DNA of 64,000 nucleotides from assembly GCA_977017645.1 (NCBI GenBank), contig OZ360249.1, positions 27,032,001-27,096,000 on the forward strand, written 5' to 3'. The position numbers and the translations under genes were made by a program. Below the pieces are notes generated by a model that was not told where the DNA came from, made no database searches, and was given only the letters and a program-made list of their open reading frames with translations. The stretch comes from Torpedo marmorata (taxonomy: Eukaryota). Positions 13,572 to 26,264 of this stretch are shown here, one piece after another. Numbering within the stretch: position 1 is the first letter of the stretch; every line of letters starts with the position of its first letter.

Positions 13572-14536
13572 TCAGATATTCAGAATCAGAATTTATTGTC
13601 ATGAACAAGTCATGAAATTCGGTGTTTTGCGGCAGCATCATAGTGCAAACATTCATATTATTACCATCTTACGACATTACTATATTAAAAAAAATTTTAA
13701 AATAGTGCACGAAAAGTAAGTCCGTGTCTTTACTTCATTGATTATTCAGGAATCTGATGGCAGCGGGGAAGAAGCTGTCCTTGTGCCGTTGAGTGCTCGA
13801 CTTCAGGCTCCTATACCTTTTTCCCGATGGTAGCAGAGTGAAGAGGGCATAGCCTGGGTGGTGGGGGTCTTTGAGGACAGAGGCTGCTTTTTTAAGACAC
13901 TGTCTCGTGTAGATGTCCTTGATGGAGTGAAGTCTGGTGCCTGTGATGTCACAGGCCGAGTTAACAACCCTCTGGAGTTTATTCTTGTCCTGAGAGTTGG
14001 CGCCTCCATACCAGGCCGTGATGCAACCAGCCAGAATGCTCTCCACGGTACACCTGTAGAAGTTTACGAGAGTCTTTGGTGACATACCGAATCTCCTCAG
14101 ACACCTCACAAAGTATAACCGCTGGCGAGCCTTCTTTGTGATTGCATCAATGTGGAGGCTCCAGGACAGATCCTCGGAGATGTTGACACCCAGGAATTTG
14201 AAGTTCTTGACCCTCTCCACTACTGAGCCCTCGATGAGGACTGAGTCGTGTTCCCCTGACTTCCTCCTGAAGTCCACAATCATCTCCTTGGTTTTGCTGA
14301 CGTTGAGCTCAAGGTTGTTGTCGTTACACCATTCAACGAGCTGATCTATCTCCCTCCTGTACGCTTCCTCATTGCCGTTTGTGATTCTGCCGACAACTAT
14401 GGTGTCATCGGCAAACTTGTAGATGGCATTGGAATTGTGCCTGGCCACACAGTCATGGGTGTATAACGAGTAGAGCAATGGGCTAAGCACGCATCCTTGG
14501 GGTGTGCCTGTGTTGATAATCAGTGAGGAGGAGACG
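13572..14536 (-). mobile_element. 5'-truncated Rex1/Babar-like LINE (RT C-terminus, FADD motif)
   Basis: Open 251-aa ORF LSPLLYSLYTHDC...YKFADD...; 3' UTR with (ATTCTG)n tail. Confidence 0.88.
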
Positions 14537-15084
14537 TTTGTTCATAAGTCAACAATTTTTTGTGAGCAACATCCTGAGGAATTATTGTAATTGATCTCTG
14601 TGTTTTTTAATGCTATTATTTTTGAATGACACTTTACATTTTGACTGGCAACAAATTTTTAAAAATTACTTCTGGCAACAAACACAGATGGCAAATGTCA
14701 GCAGGCTATTTTATCCTGTGTGGATAATGGACAACAACCTTTCCTTAGCTGATCTCACACAAATGTGCTTTTCCAAAAAGTGATTTAGTTGCAAACAGAA
14801 AAGGAAATCTGCTATTAATTTTCATTTTCCACTCATCCCTGCAACCATTTGGATTCTGAAACCTCTGACTCATTGCCCAGGCTGAGATTTTACTCCACAA
14901 TGTAGACTTGCAATTGAGTTTGGGACATCTTAATATGATTTTTTTTTATGTGTATGATGCATTTACCATACTGAAACTGGATGGTTGAGGAAGCACATCT
15001 GATTATTGGTTTAAAAATAATCAAAGTTTTCTTTTTAATTTTTGTATTTTCTTTTCTTTCTCTTCTCCATAAAACTAATGACAG

Positions 15085-15282
15085 AAGTGATCACATCATA
15101 TAAACTATGGGCTGTTTCTGAAGAAAAGAGTTTTGGCTTATCTCCAAATTCTCTCCCACGCTCTGCATCAGTTGCTAATCTTCAGACTGCTAGCAAACTG
15201 ATTCTTAACTCCAAATTAGTCTATAGTCAACAGTTAAATCTGCCTGAGGAAGTAGAAGTAATCCGTGCAACTCCTTCTGCAG
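15085..15282 (+). CDS. DMXL2: DMXL2 exon (EVITSY...ANLQTASKLIL...RATPSA), phase 1->1
   Basis: gacag acceptor; G|gtaatt donor. Confidence 0.85.
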
Positions 15283-16242
15283 GTAATTTTTTTCCTTTAT
15301 TTAATGTTGTTTCTTTATTTTCTCTTTTTAATCTGTAAGTCTTCATGCACATCCTCATCATCCTAGTGGTTTGTAGGCAACAATCCTTGCAATTGCCAGT
15401 GAAACAGCCATGAGCAAACTATAAAGGCAACTTCAAAGCTTGGTGCTGGATTGGGTAAATTGACGTATATGCAGAATGGTCTGTCTTGTGGCGCAACCTT
15501 GGGATTTGGTGAGTATTGAGAAATGCATTAAGCATGCTGAAGAAACAAGCAAGCAGAAAGACAAATTGTGGTGCTTTGGTAGTGTTAATGGGGTGGTGCA
15601 CGGCAGGCTTGTTTGGTTGGCCTGTTATTGTAAAATTCAGTGGTGCTTGATTCCAAGGCATCGTGCACAACTGCACACAAAAAGGCCTTTGTAAGGTAAA
15701 CCATTGCAGGTCAGGACTAAAGAATGATAGGGGTGATAACTGAAATGAATAATAATGGGGTGAATGATAGAATATTGTTTAAATATTGGGCCCCATATAC
15801 TTGTGTCATGCATGCAAATTTCTGATGTCCCTTTGAGATAACATGAAAATTGAAGAGGCCTTGAGGGCTGTGACCTGCTTTAATGCTGAAACTGCTTGTG
15901 TAGTCTGATGTGTCCATCATCCTCCAAGCAGGTACCACCTACATTGTTACAGATCGTCGCTGTTTCCCCGTGCCCCTGTACCCACAACCTCTGTCAACTA
16001 TATTTTTAGCAATGTTGCACATCTGAATGATTGTTCTGGATGTGACTATGCCCTTTTCTGGGTGGAAATGAATCACTCTGAAAATTTGATGGTATTCCTA
16101 GAGTCACATATCATTCTTACTGGGAAATTGGTGCAAATTGTTCTGAGAAGTAGCCAATGTTAGTCACTACAAGTCCCAAACAGGCATATAATTTGCAGCA
16201 GTTGAAAGAAAATGTGCACTGATGATACAGTACCATGGTCTA

Positions 16243-16451
16243 AAATGGTTCTCAACCTTTTTCAGTCTAAGGCCCACCTGGCTTCTGGCCTAACATGCCA
16301 TGGCCCACTAATGGCAATGACTGAACAATATTTTCAAGTCAAAGACAGCTCTGTAAGAAGTACATCTTTATCTAATCTAAAGTCTTTTTATCATTTTTAA
16401 GGACACACATGGAAACACGCTGTGGCCATGGCCCACTGGTTGAGAACCACT
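16243..16451. mobile_element. Probable non-autonomous hAT (Charlie-like) element
   Basis: Imperfect TIRs tggttctcaacc / ggttgagaacca; gtctaaa on both flanks. Confidence 0.55.
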
Positions 16452-17289
16452 TGTCTAAATTGTTAATCACTATCTCCTTCAATTCAAAGGTTCACATCAA
16501 TTTCTAGACCTATTGTGTTCAGCAAAATCAATGCTGACTTTTATCCCTTTTGTACTCCATATAGTCATGGCTAAGGTAATTAGTGCACATCTCACCACCA
16601 TGCCCGTGATAAATGTTCTGAACTATCAAGCATTTTTGCATGTGAATGTGAAGACGAAACTGGTGAATTATTAATGGAAGATTGGTTGAATGCATTTTTT
16701 CTTATGATCTCAGTGTGGGAGACTTTGCTACTATCCCTAAGATATCAGATCAGCCAATTTCAAATAACATGGTAGAACTTGCAAAAATCCCAATGACAAA
16801 CAATAAAATATTGGAGTGGCATAGGGCTAATGATGGACAAGTTGCTGGGAAATGGCTGCAAAGATAACTCTCTAAACTCTGGTTGGGGGGGTATGGGGGA
16901 GGACCAGAAGATTGGAAAGCAGCAAACCCTTGTTCAAAAAAGAGGCCAGGGAACTATAGGGCAGTCAGTTTCACAGCTATTATTGGCAATAACCTTGAGT
17001 CAATAATCATTTAGGAAAACTGAAAATATTTAGACCTGGTCAACATGGCTTAGTGAAAAGTAAATCATATAAGAAAAAATTATTTGAGGATGCAATAAGG
17101 AGAGCTGCCAGAGGAACCCGTATATGTAATGCATTTGGATTTGCAAAAGGCATGATGTAGGCAATAGAAAGGGGATTGTCCAGGCTAATTCCAAGGATGG
17201 GAGTGTTGCTTTATAAAGGGAGACTAAATAGTTTGGGCCTATATTACTTAGAGTTAACAAGAATAATGTGTGACCTTACTCAGACATGT

Positions 17290-17579
17290 AAATCACGAAA
17301 ATCTGTAGACACCGTGGTTGAAGTAAAAACACAAAATTCTGGAGAAGCTCAGCAGGTCAAACAGTGTCCTTTATGTAGCATAACCGACGTTTCGGGCTTG
17401 AGCCTTTGCCATCCCCCTCCCCCCTCCACCCCCCACTCTTTTGTTCGGACGCCTGCCGGCATTTTCTCATACTTTGATGAAGGGCTCGAGCTCGAAACGT
17501 CGGTTATGTATCTTTACCTTTGCTACATAAAGGACACTGTTTGACCTGCTGAGCTTCTCCAGCATTTTGTGTTTTTACT
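17290..17579. mobile_element. Fold-back Penelope-pLTR-derived insertion
   Basis: Inverted arms ~17322-17405 and ~17481-17579; flanking direct repeat TTACTCAGACATGT at 17276-17289 and 17575-17588. Confidence 0.8.
17468..17508 (+). ncRNA. Minimal hammerhead-ribozyme-like motif in Penelope pLTR
   Basis: UUGAUGA-A-GGGC(UCGA)GCUC-GAA-ACGU-C; stem I CAUACU/GGU(U)AUG; U instead of C at position 3. Confidence 0.55.
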
Positions 17580-18038
17580 CAGACATGTGAGAGGGCTTGA
17601 CAGTTTGGGTCTTCTTTCTTATGATAAGAGAATAGCCTTGTTGAGAAAGGCAAAACAGGTTGGGTCTGTATTATTTGGACCTCTGAAAAATGAAGGGTGA
17701 CTTTATTGAGACATATACAGTGTGATCCCAAGGGATGTTGGGATGTTTTCACTCGTGGGAGAGTCTTGAACAAGGGTCATAATTACAAGGTACAGTGTCA
17801 TTTACTGTGATACGTAGAAATTTCTTCTCGCGTAAGATAGTGAATCTCTGCCTTGCCAGGTGGTGGAAGCTGGATCATTAAAATGATCTAAATGGATGTG
17901 GATAAATAGCAAAGGTGTACGGAGAAATTGCACAGCATAGATGCTGGGGTGATGGCCAAATTCTGCTGCTATTTTCTTGTGTACTACGGTTTTAACCAAG
18001 AATATCTCACTGTTATAATAGTTTTTCTTTCTTTTTAG

Positions 18039-19724
18039 GTCATTTGAGTTCATCTTCAATTTATCCCGTCTGTCTTGCACCTTATCTAATAGTGACATCA
18101 TGCTCTGATGGCAAAGTGAGATTCTGGCGATGTGCTGTGGATAAGAACTTAAACTCTGAAAATTCAGAAGAAGTACGTGCTTACTGGTGGGAAACTTGGC
18201 CTTTGATGAATGAGGAAGGAGAACACAATAACAGTGCAGTGAGTGTCACTGGGCGCCCGGTGGCTGTGAGCTGTTCATACACAGGCCGTTTGGCTGTGGC
18301 TTACAAAGAGTCTCTACAGCCTAATGGCATTACATCAAAAGAATTTTCAATGCACGTCTCCATTTTTGAGTGTGAATCTACTGGAGGATCGGAGTGGGTG
18401 TTGGAACAGACAGTTCACTTGGATGATTTAGGAAAGGTTGGAGGTGTCCTGGATTCAAGAGTTAGTGTAGACAGCAATTTATTTGTGTATAATAAATCAG
18501 ATCTTTATCTTAAAGGCAAAAACATGATGTCTAACATAAAACATTTAGTGCATTTGGATTGGGTGTCAAAAGAAGATGGTTCTCATATTCTTACAGTGGG
18601 AGTGGGTTCCAAAATTCTAATGTATGGAAGATTGTCAGGGATTGTAACTGAACAAGCCACAAGTAAAGATGGGTTGGCTGTAATTAATTTGCCACTAGGG
18701 GGAAGCATTAAACAAGGGACTAAATCAAAATGGGTTTTGCTGAGATGTGTGGATTTGATATCTTCTGTAGATGGAACACCTTCACTGCCAGTTTCTTTAT
18801 CCTGGGTGAGAGATGGCATTCTAGTAATTGGGATGGATTGTGAAATGCATGTGTATGCACAGTGGAAGCATTCTACAAAACCATTAAATGATACTGAAAA
18901 TGGTAGTTTGTCATCTTTTGATGAATTAGCTGATGCTGACACGTTTGAGACTAAAATGCTTCCAAAATGGCACAGTGTTGCTGATGGAACAACTGTTGCA
19001 GATGATGTGATTGGGGTCCCAGGAATGATTCAAGATGGAGGATTGTTTGAAGCAGCACATATTCTTTCACCTACTCTTCCTCAATATCATCCCACTCAGC
19101 TACTAGAACTTATGGATTTGGGCAAGGTGCGCAGAGCAAAGGCAATCCTTTCACATTTGGTTAAATGTGTTGCTGGAGAAGTTACAATCTTTAGGGATAA
19201 AGACCCAGGAGAAGGAGGAGGACCTCGACGCCACCTTTCTCGAACCATCAGCGTAAGTGGAAGTACAGGGAAAGATACAATTATAGCTGGAAGAGAAGGT
19301 ACTCGGGATTATACTGAAATTGACTCCATTCCACCACTTCCTCTTTATGCATTGCTGTCAGCTGATCAGGACACGTCTTATAAAATTGCAGAAGAAACTA
19401 CTAAAATTGACAAAGGTTCACAACCTCAAAGTAAAAAAATGGAGGATCAGTATGCTGATTTATTTCAGTCTCCAGGTTTAACCACAGATGACTTTGTTGA
19501 CTTTGTAATTGAAAAAAAGGAATCTAAATCCAAAGTCATTAATTTATCCCAGTATGGACCAACATACTTTGGTCCAGAACATGCTCGTGTGCTTTCCAGT
19601 CATTTGATGCACTCCAGCTTGCCGGGACTTACACGATTAGAACAGATGTTCCTTGTAGCATTAGCTGACACGGTGGCTACTACAAGCACAGAAGTTAATG
19701 AAAACAGGGACAAGGATTATTCTG
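18039..19724 (+). CDS. DMXL2: DMXL2 large exon (GHLSSSSIYPVCLAPY...DKDYS), WD40 repeats and start of Rav1-like region, phase 1->1
   Basis: 589-aa ORF 18044..19813; tttttag acceptor; G|gtatgt donor. Confidence 0.95.
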
Positions 19725-20209
19725 GTATGTATATAATAATCTTTTGGGTTATTTTCTGCATTAATATTAATTGTGTTTTATTGATAGCACAATCTTGTAT
19801 ACTTGTGCAATAGCGGTTGGTTTTACCAATTATATTTTGTAAACAACACATTATTTGCTGAAATAGCAACAAGATTATGGTATGCCAATTGATTAGTTCA
19901 CTGTTCAGCTTCATAAATACTTTCAATCAAATATGCAATTAATATTATTTTTGATTGGGGGTATGGAAAGAAGGAGCAATTTTACCATATTTATTCACCA
20001 TTAAGCTAATTGATCAGGCCTGGTGACTCTTTACACCAAGGCTGATTTATGCTGTATTTTCTATAGAAATTATTGAAAAGTAGTATCAGGCCAAAGGATC
20101 AGGTTGGGGCATGGTTATTAAGATGAGCAGAATATTTTGGTTCAAATCCCAATCAGAGTTTGAGCAGAAAATCTAGCCTTGTCATTTGAGTGCAGTGAGG
20201 GCTTCACTG

Positions 20210-20370
20210 TTTAGATTTAGATTTAGACGTACAGCATTGTAACAGGCCCTTCCGGCCCACGAGCCTGTACCGCCCAAATACCCTAATTAACCTACAATCC
20301 CCGTATGCTTTGAAGGGTGGGAGGAAACCGGAGTTCCAGGAGGAAACCACGATGCTAACCGTGCTGCTCT
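20210..20370 (-). mobile_element. V-SINE fragment
   Basis: (tttaga)n tail; acaggcccttccggcccacgagc...gggaggaaaccggag. Confidence 0.75.
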
Positions 20371-20579
20371 TTAGAGGGGACTTCTTTTGGATGAGATATT
20401 CAACTCTAATCTTATCCTGTGAAGCAGTCAAGTTTAGTTGGTTTCTTTCGTACTTCTCTCCTACCGACTACATAAAAAAACATAAAATATTTTATGACTT
20501 CAGTCTGTGGCCCACCTTAAATATGCTGCGGCACCCAGGGCAGCCTTATGGCCCTCGTTGAGAATGGCCACTCTAGGGA

Positions 20580-21040
20580 CACCATCTCTGTGGATTCGAT
20601 TCATGTACTGAGTGTCTGTGGATTCATCTCCTTCTCTTCCAGAGCCTCTGCAGTCACATGGCCTCTGTTTGCTCCAGCCATTAACCTGAGTTCCTAATTC
20701 CGAAATTCTGATATGTTACAGGAAGCTGCTAACACTCAAGGCCTTTCAGGACCCCTGCCTGCCATTGGTATCCTCATGAGTCACAATCCCGATACCTGGT
20801 TCTCACGAGCCAGTCTCCAGCAATCCGCAGCCTTTTGCCTCCGAGTCCCTCACTGATCGACTGCTGAGGTCACCCTCCCTGTAAATTCCTCTTACAGGCT
20901 CCTCGGCGAGGGGGCTGTTCTCCCGTTCTGGTGCTCTGCGCCACTCCGCTGATTCCCCGGAACCTGCAACCTTCATGGTCTGCTGCCAAGCTCGGGCTCT
21001 GCCATCTTGAGCATGGACCTCAGTAGGTTTGGTGATGTGA
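20580..21040 (-). mobile_element. Diverged relative of the GC-rich ~800-bp retroposon family
   Basis: tgagtgtctgtggattc, ccagtctccagcaatccgcagcc, ctggtgctctgc and gccatcttg occur in the same order as in 24296-25067. Confidence 0.5.
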
Positions 21041-21614
21041 AAAAAAACCAGTCAGTCCCTTCTATGTGTTGTTTAAAACTTGTGTAGGGTCGTCAGTGTA
21101 ACCACCAGGCAGTAGGTCCCCCTGGAGGAGCCCTGTGTGCTCTCTTCCCCTTCCCCCCCTTCCACCCCCACCCCCCCACCCTGCTCCGGGTTCCACATCA
21201 TTGGCAGGACTACCAACAGATGCAGCAGCATACAACAGGCCTCAGAATTTGATTTGTTTACTCCCCATCTTGGTGCACTGCAAAATGATGTGTCCATTTT
21301 TTTGTTCCTTGATATTGAGCATAGTGTTTTTAACTATCTTTACTGCATATAACAGAATTGTTTCTAAATAGTATAAATATTAAAGTGAATGGAATTAACA
21401 TTAAGCAATTGTTTCACAAAAGATCAGTATATGTGAGTGAAAATAAAACATTTAATTTTGGACATCATAATACAGTGTAAAAATGCACTAATATTCTGAT
21501 GAATTTCATTTTGAAAAATTAATGTAACAAGCAGAACGAACAATTAATGTAATATCTCTGTTGGTGGCTCTGTTTATTGCCAGTTGAGATAAAATCTCTT
21601 TTATTTTGTTGAAG

Positions 21615-21722
21615 GTGAAACCTTGGATGAATGTGGTTTACGTTATTTGCTTGCCATGCGCTTACACATTTGCCTCCTGACATCGCTGCCTCCAGTCTAT
21701 CGACTTCAGCTTTTACATCAAG
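21615..21722 (+). CDS. DMXL2: DMXL2 exon (GETLDECGLRYLLAMRLH...LLHQ), phase 1->1
   Basis: gttgaag acceptor; G|gtatga donor. Confidence 0.9.
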
Positions 21723-22264
21723 GTATGAGATTTGGGTAAAGTATCAAAGTTTAATTTAATTGCACAAAGGATAATAATTAGATTTATTCTACTTATTTAA
21801 CTAACTAAAGTATATTTAAATGTGTATTTTTTTTAAATTCCACGTGCAGTTGGGGTGGGGACAGAGAAGAGAACCTTGAATCATTACATTCTAACCTGGA
21901 GCACATGAAGTTGCAGATCCACTGAGGTGACTAATTGTGTAAATCCTGATGACTCCTGAGCTCCGATCATCACTGACCTCATTAACTTTCCAAGTCCCAT
22001 TGAATCAACTTTGATTTTCTTTGTCACCTTTAGCTCTCTTTCAAGTCTCACCAATTCCAGTACCTCAACCAGATTGACTCTTGTGTGTGCATCCACTTGT
22101 CCTCTAGTCACTACTCATTTTACTTCAGCTGTCTTATTCCTGTATTTTGAAAGTCCCTCTCTATCACTATTATATCTTGCCTAAAAACTTTCCAGACTCT
22201 AGCTTTGTACTCTTGTCCCTTTCTTGTATTCTCCCATCCATTTTATGGACATATGAAACTTGAC

Positions 22265-22376
22265 TGAAGTGCAAACATACAATGCTGGAGAAACTCAGCA
22301 AGTCAAACAGTGTCCTTTATATAGCAAAGGTAAAAATACATAACCGACGTTTCGAGCTTGAGCCCTTCATCAAGGA
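22265..22376 (-). mobile_element. Penelope pLTR fragment with hammerhead-like motif (22344-22375)
   Basis: Minus strand reads CCUUGAUGAAGGGCUCAAGCUCGAAACGUCGG. Confidence 0.75.
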
Positions 22377-24100
22377 TTACTGTTTACCCACTTCAGCATA
22401 TTCAGAAGCAAGCCAATCAAGAAGGAGGACGAAAACAGAGTCAACTACTTCTTTGCTGGGATGTTGTGCCATTTAACTTCTGATATTTCTGCCTCAAGCC
22501 CCAGATCGTTTTGTTTTCTGGGAGAAGGAAATTGTTGCTGTAATTGGGAAACTACAATGTGAAAAATAATGACAGTGTTTGAAAATATTTTGTCTAAAAT
22601 AAAGTATTTTAAGTTCTGGCTGTTCTTCAAAATACAGTTGATCTAGAAAAAACAATTGATAGCAGCAAGATCTTTGTTTTTTTTAATGATATATTTCAGA
22701 TCTCTGGTAAATATGTTTTGTTCAGTCTGTTTAAGTTTGTGTTATGCTTAACCATAAACCATTAATGTGTTCTATAATGGTAATAATGGAAAACATTACT
22801 AATGGTTTAATAACAAAGCTTCATTCATAATTTTCTTGACAGCTTCATTTCCTGAAGGTAGCATGCTGGTTGCCTTGTATCCAAAAAAAATCCAGTAACC
22901 TACTAAACTGATTCTCCCTTGTCTCGCAAAATAACAAGGGCATCATTGGCAAAGGTTAACTGTATTCTTGTTCACTGGCAAAATGTTTACTGCAATCAGG
23001 ACTGTTCACTTTCCTTGCCTAGATGCTTGTTCCATAATTTATTTTGACGGCTGAATTCTGCTAAGAATCAATCTTTTGACCTCTATTCAATGTGTTTTTA
23101 AACTGAGCAGTTATATATCCCAAATTAAGTGTTGTGACTTTATAAGATACTATTATCTACAAAAACTCTTATCAAATTAATTGCCTTAATACTTGTTCTC
23201 CAGAACCTATTTGCGTTATTAGTAAATAGTCATAATTGTCTATATGACAGTAGTTTGAATTCACTGTGTACCAATGAGCTTAAATCAGGAGCACTGGATA
23301 ATGATTATCAGCAGAATGATTAAGAATGCACAGAAATAGGGTAAGAGCAGAATAAAATGGCTTTAGTTTTTCATTGTGTGGATAAAGTAGTTCTAGATTA
23401 ACGACGAGAAGCGATACAATAATGGTTGTAGAGATGAATAGTAGAACTCAAAGTGTGCAAGTTTGAGTCACGGCATATGGATAACATATTGGGAAGTAAA
23501 AAAGTTTGCATTGTGTATTTACGATAACATATTGGGGTTGGATGTAAATGATAAGGGGAGAAGCTGAGGATGAAATTTTAGAGTACACCTGGGATAACAG
23601 TGCAGGCCTGGGCAGGAGGCGAAGATTTTTTTGGAAACATGACAACTATTATATAGAGTAGGGTCCCATGGATAGGGCAATGTAGGTGAATCGAATGGTT
23701 GATTCACAGGCAAACTCGAGATGAGTGGTGCCATGCACCTAAACTGCAGTCGCGTGTATTGATTATTGTCATATTAAATCTCTGTTCTATGGGTTGGATT
23801 AAAGGCATATTAATGTTATATGGATATGAAATTGTGCAAAAACTAAGGACAATTTTGAGCTGTAAGAAATAATGGAGCCAATTATTGTCTTTGATTCTTT
23901 GACTATAAGTATTATGATACCTATTTTTAATATATGTTTAAGATGTGACTTGTTCATATTCTTTTAAGATTGTTCTTACCCAGATCATGTTACTTGATGG
24001 TTTTCAGCTACTTACTTTATAGCGTGTATCTGGACTGGTAGTTTTGCCTAGTTTTAATACAACTACTTGAGTCAATAAAAATTGTCATTGTATTTTGTAG

Positions 24101-24270
24101 GGTTGTCTACATGCCACTTTGCCTGGGCCTTTCACTCTGAAGCTGAAGAGGAATTGCTCAGTATGATTCCTGCCATGCAGAAAGGGGATCCTCAGTGGTC
24201 TGATCTGAAAGCCATGGGCGTAGGCTGGTGGATTCGAAATATTAATACACTCCGCAAGTGCATTGAGAAG
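24101..24270 (+). CDS. DMXL2: DMXL2 exon (GLSTCHFAWAFHSEAEEEL...KCIEK), phase 1->0
   Basis: ttttgtag acceptor; AAG|gtactg donor. Confidence 0.93.
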
Positions 24271-24295
24271 GTACTGGAGTTCTACCTTTTCAGGA

Positions 24296-25067
24296 ATTCA
24301 CGATCAAGATTCAATTTTATTGTCATAGTAATAAAACAGTGTCATATTACATGAAATTTCTTTTTGCTTGCTGCAAGGCAGACAGATTCACCACCGGCAG
24401 AAATTGCCTAAGCGCCTCTTACATTCCTTACAGTCAGAGAAAGAGAAGCAAAAGGGAGTTCCCCCAGAGTCACCGAGTGTCCGTAGATTTGCCTCCAGCG
24501 CTTCCGCAGCCTCCGCGGCCACACAGAGTCCAGTCCAAACCATCGGTAACCCGAGCTCCAGATCCGAACCTCCGATACGGTCAGGAACCCTTCGGCGCCC
24601 TCGCATCCCGGTTACGATACCTAGTACTCCTCCAGCCAGTTCGAGACAGTCTCCAGCAGTCCGCAGCCTCCGCGGTTTCCTCGCCTCGAGTCGCCAGCAG
24701 CCCGCCGCATGCACTGTTCCTTCAGCCTTAGAGCTCCTCACTGGTCCGCCGCCGTGGTCACCGTCCCGTGGGTCGTCTCCTCCGCTTCTCCTCAGACGGG
24801 GTCGGGGGGTGATCTTTCCGTCCTCTGGTGCCCTGCTCCAGTCCTACGCTTCCCCTCGTGGCTGCTGCCAATTAATAGACGCGCCATCTTGGCCGCAAAC
24901 CCTGCTATCTCAAATAAAAACCACCGTCGGCTCCCTCAACGGGCTGTTCAAAGCCCTTGCGGAGCCATCGACTGGACGGCTGGACCCCGCGGGAGAGCTG
25001 CATCTCCGCTCCCCGCGGGTCCGCGGCAGCGCTGCCACTACAGCGGTTCAGGCAGCACCGCCATTTT
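24296..25067 (-). mobile_element. GC-rich non-autonomous retroposon, copy 1
   Basis: Sense strand begins AAAATGGCGG and ends ATGACAATAAAATTGAATCTTGA; possible TSD TTTTCA(G/A)GAA; homologous to 25439-26264, 54991-55373 and 58338-59160. Confidence 0.8.
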
Positions 25068-25137
25068 CAAGAACAGTGAAATAGTAGATGTATGCATTAA
25101 GGTAAAATGGAGCTTCCATAAATCATGGGTGGGAAGG

Positions 25138-25330
25138 GTAAAAACACAAAAATGCTGGAGGAACTCAGCATGTCACACAGTGTCCATAGGAGGTAAAGAA
25201 ATATAACCAACATTTTGGGCCTGAGGCCTTCTTCAAGGTATGAGCAAAAAGTAGGCAGGCATCTGAATATAAAGGCTGGGGAAGAAAGGGCAGGGGGAGG
25301 AAGGGTGATGTTTTGGTGGGGGGAAACATT
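25138..25330 (-). mobile_element. Penelope pLTR fragment
   Basis: gtaaaaacacaaaaatgctggaggaactcagc...gggcctgaggccttcttcaagg. Confidence 0.7.
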
Positions 25331-25438
25331 TAAGAATATACTGAAGATTGTAGGTGGAAGTTGATTTTGTTTTTAATCTGTCTCGTGTTTTGTTTAATTA
25401 AGTAGTGCTTTATGCATTTGCAATGCAAGCTGATAGTA

Positions 25439-26264
25439 GAAATGGTGGCGCTGCCAGAGCCGCTGTAGCGGCAGCGCTGCCGCTGGTGCGGACCAGTGGG
25501 GAGCGAGGGAGCGGAGATACAGCGCTCCCGCGGGGTCCAGCCGCCCAGTCAACTGCCGTCGGTTCCGCACGGGCTTTGAACGGCCCGTTAAAGGAGCCGA
25601 CGGTGGTTTTATTTGAGATCCCGCGACCGCGGGGTCTGCGCCCAAGATGGCAGTGCCTTTTAATCGGCAGCAGCCACGAGGGGCTGCAGACTCCGGGGAA
25701 GCGGGGGACTGGAGCAGGGCACCAGAGGACGGGAAGATCACCCCCCGTCTGAGAAGGAGAAGCGGAGGAGACGACCCATGGGACGGTGACCACGGCGGCG
25801 GACTGGTGAGGGGCTCTGATGCTGAAGGACCAGTGCATGCGGCGGGCTGCTGGCGACTCGAGGCGAGGAACCCGCGGAGGCTGTGGGCTGCTGGACACTG
25901 CTGTCGGGGGACTCACGCCGGGCTGGAGGCTGGCTCGAACTGGCTGGAGGAGTACCAGGTATCGGAACCAGGATGCGAGGGGGTGCCGAGGGCGACCTGA
26001 CCGTGTTGGAGGTTAGGATCTGGAGCTCGGGATGCCGATCGTTTGGACTGGACTCTGTGCGGCTGCGGAAGCGCTGGAGGCGAATCTACGGACACTCGGT
26101 GACTCTGGGGGGACTCTCTTTTGCTTCTCTTTCTCTGACTGTAAGGAATGTTAGAGGCGCTTAGGCAATTTCTGCCGGTGGCGAATCTGTCTGCCTTGCA
26201 GCAGGCAAAAAGAAATTTCATGGAATATGACACTGTCTTATTACTATGACGATAAATTGAATCT
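25439..26264 (+). mobile_element. GC-rich non-autonomous retroposon, copy 2 (inverted relative to copy 1)
   Basis: Reverse-complement homology to 24296-25067 along its full length. Confidence 0.82.

Larger units (their letters stand above)
16900..17970 (+). mobile_element. Old degenerate CR1 RT/3' fragments (host of the 17290-17579 insertion)
   Basis: gattggaaag...ccagggaactatagggcagtcag; RLNSLGLYYLE-type segment; CR1-like 3' region. Confidence 0.55.

Noticed and set aside
24339-26233. Many long overlapping ORFs (up to 238 aa) on both strands
   Set aside because: Artefacts of high GC in a repeat family; frames are not maintained between copies and no domain is recognisable.
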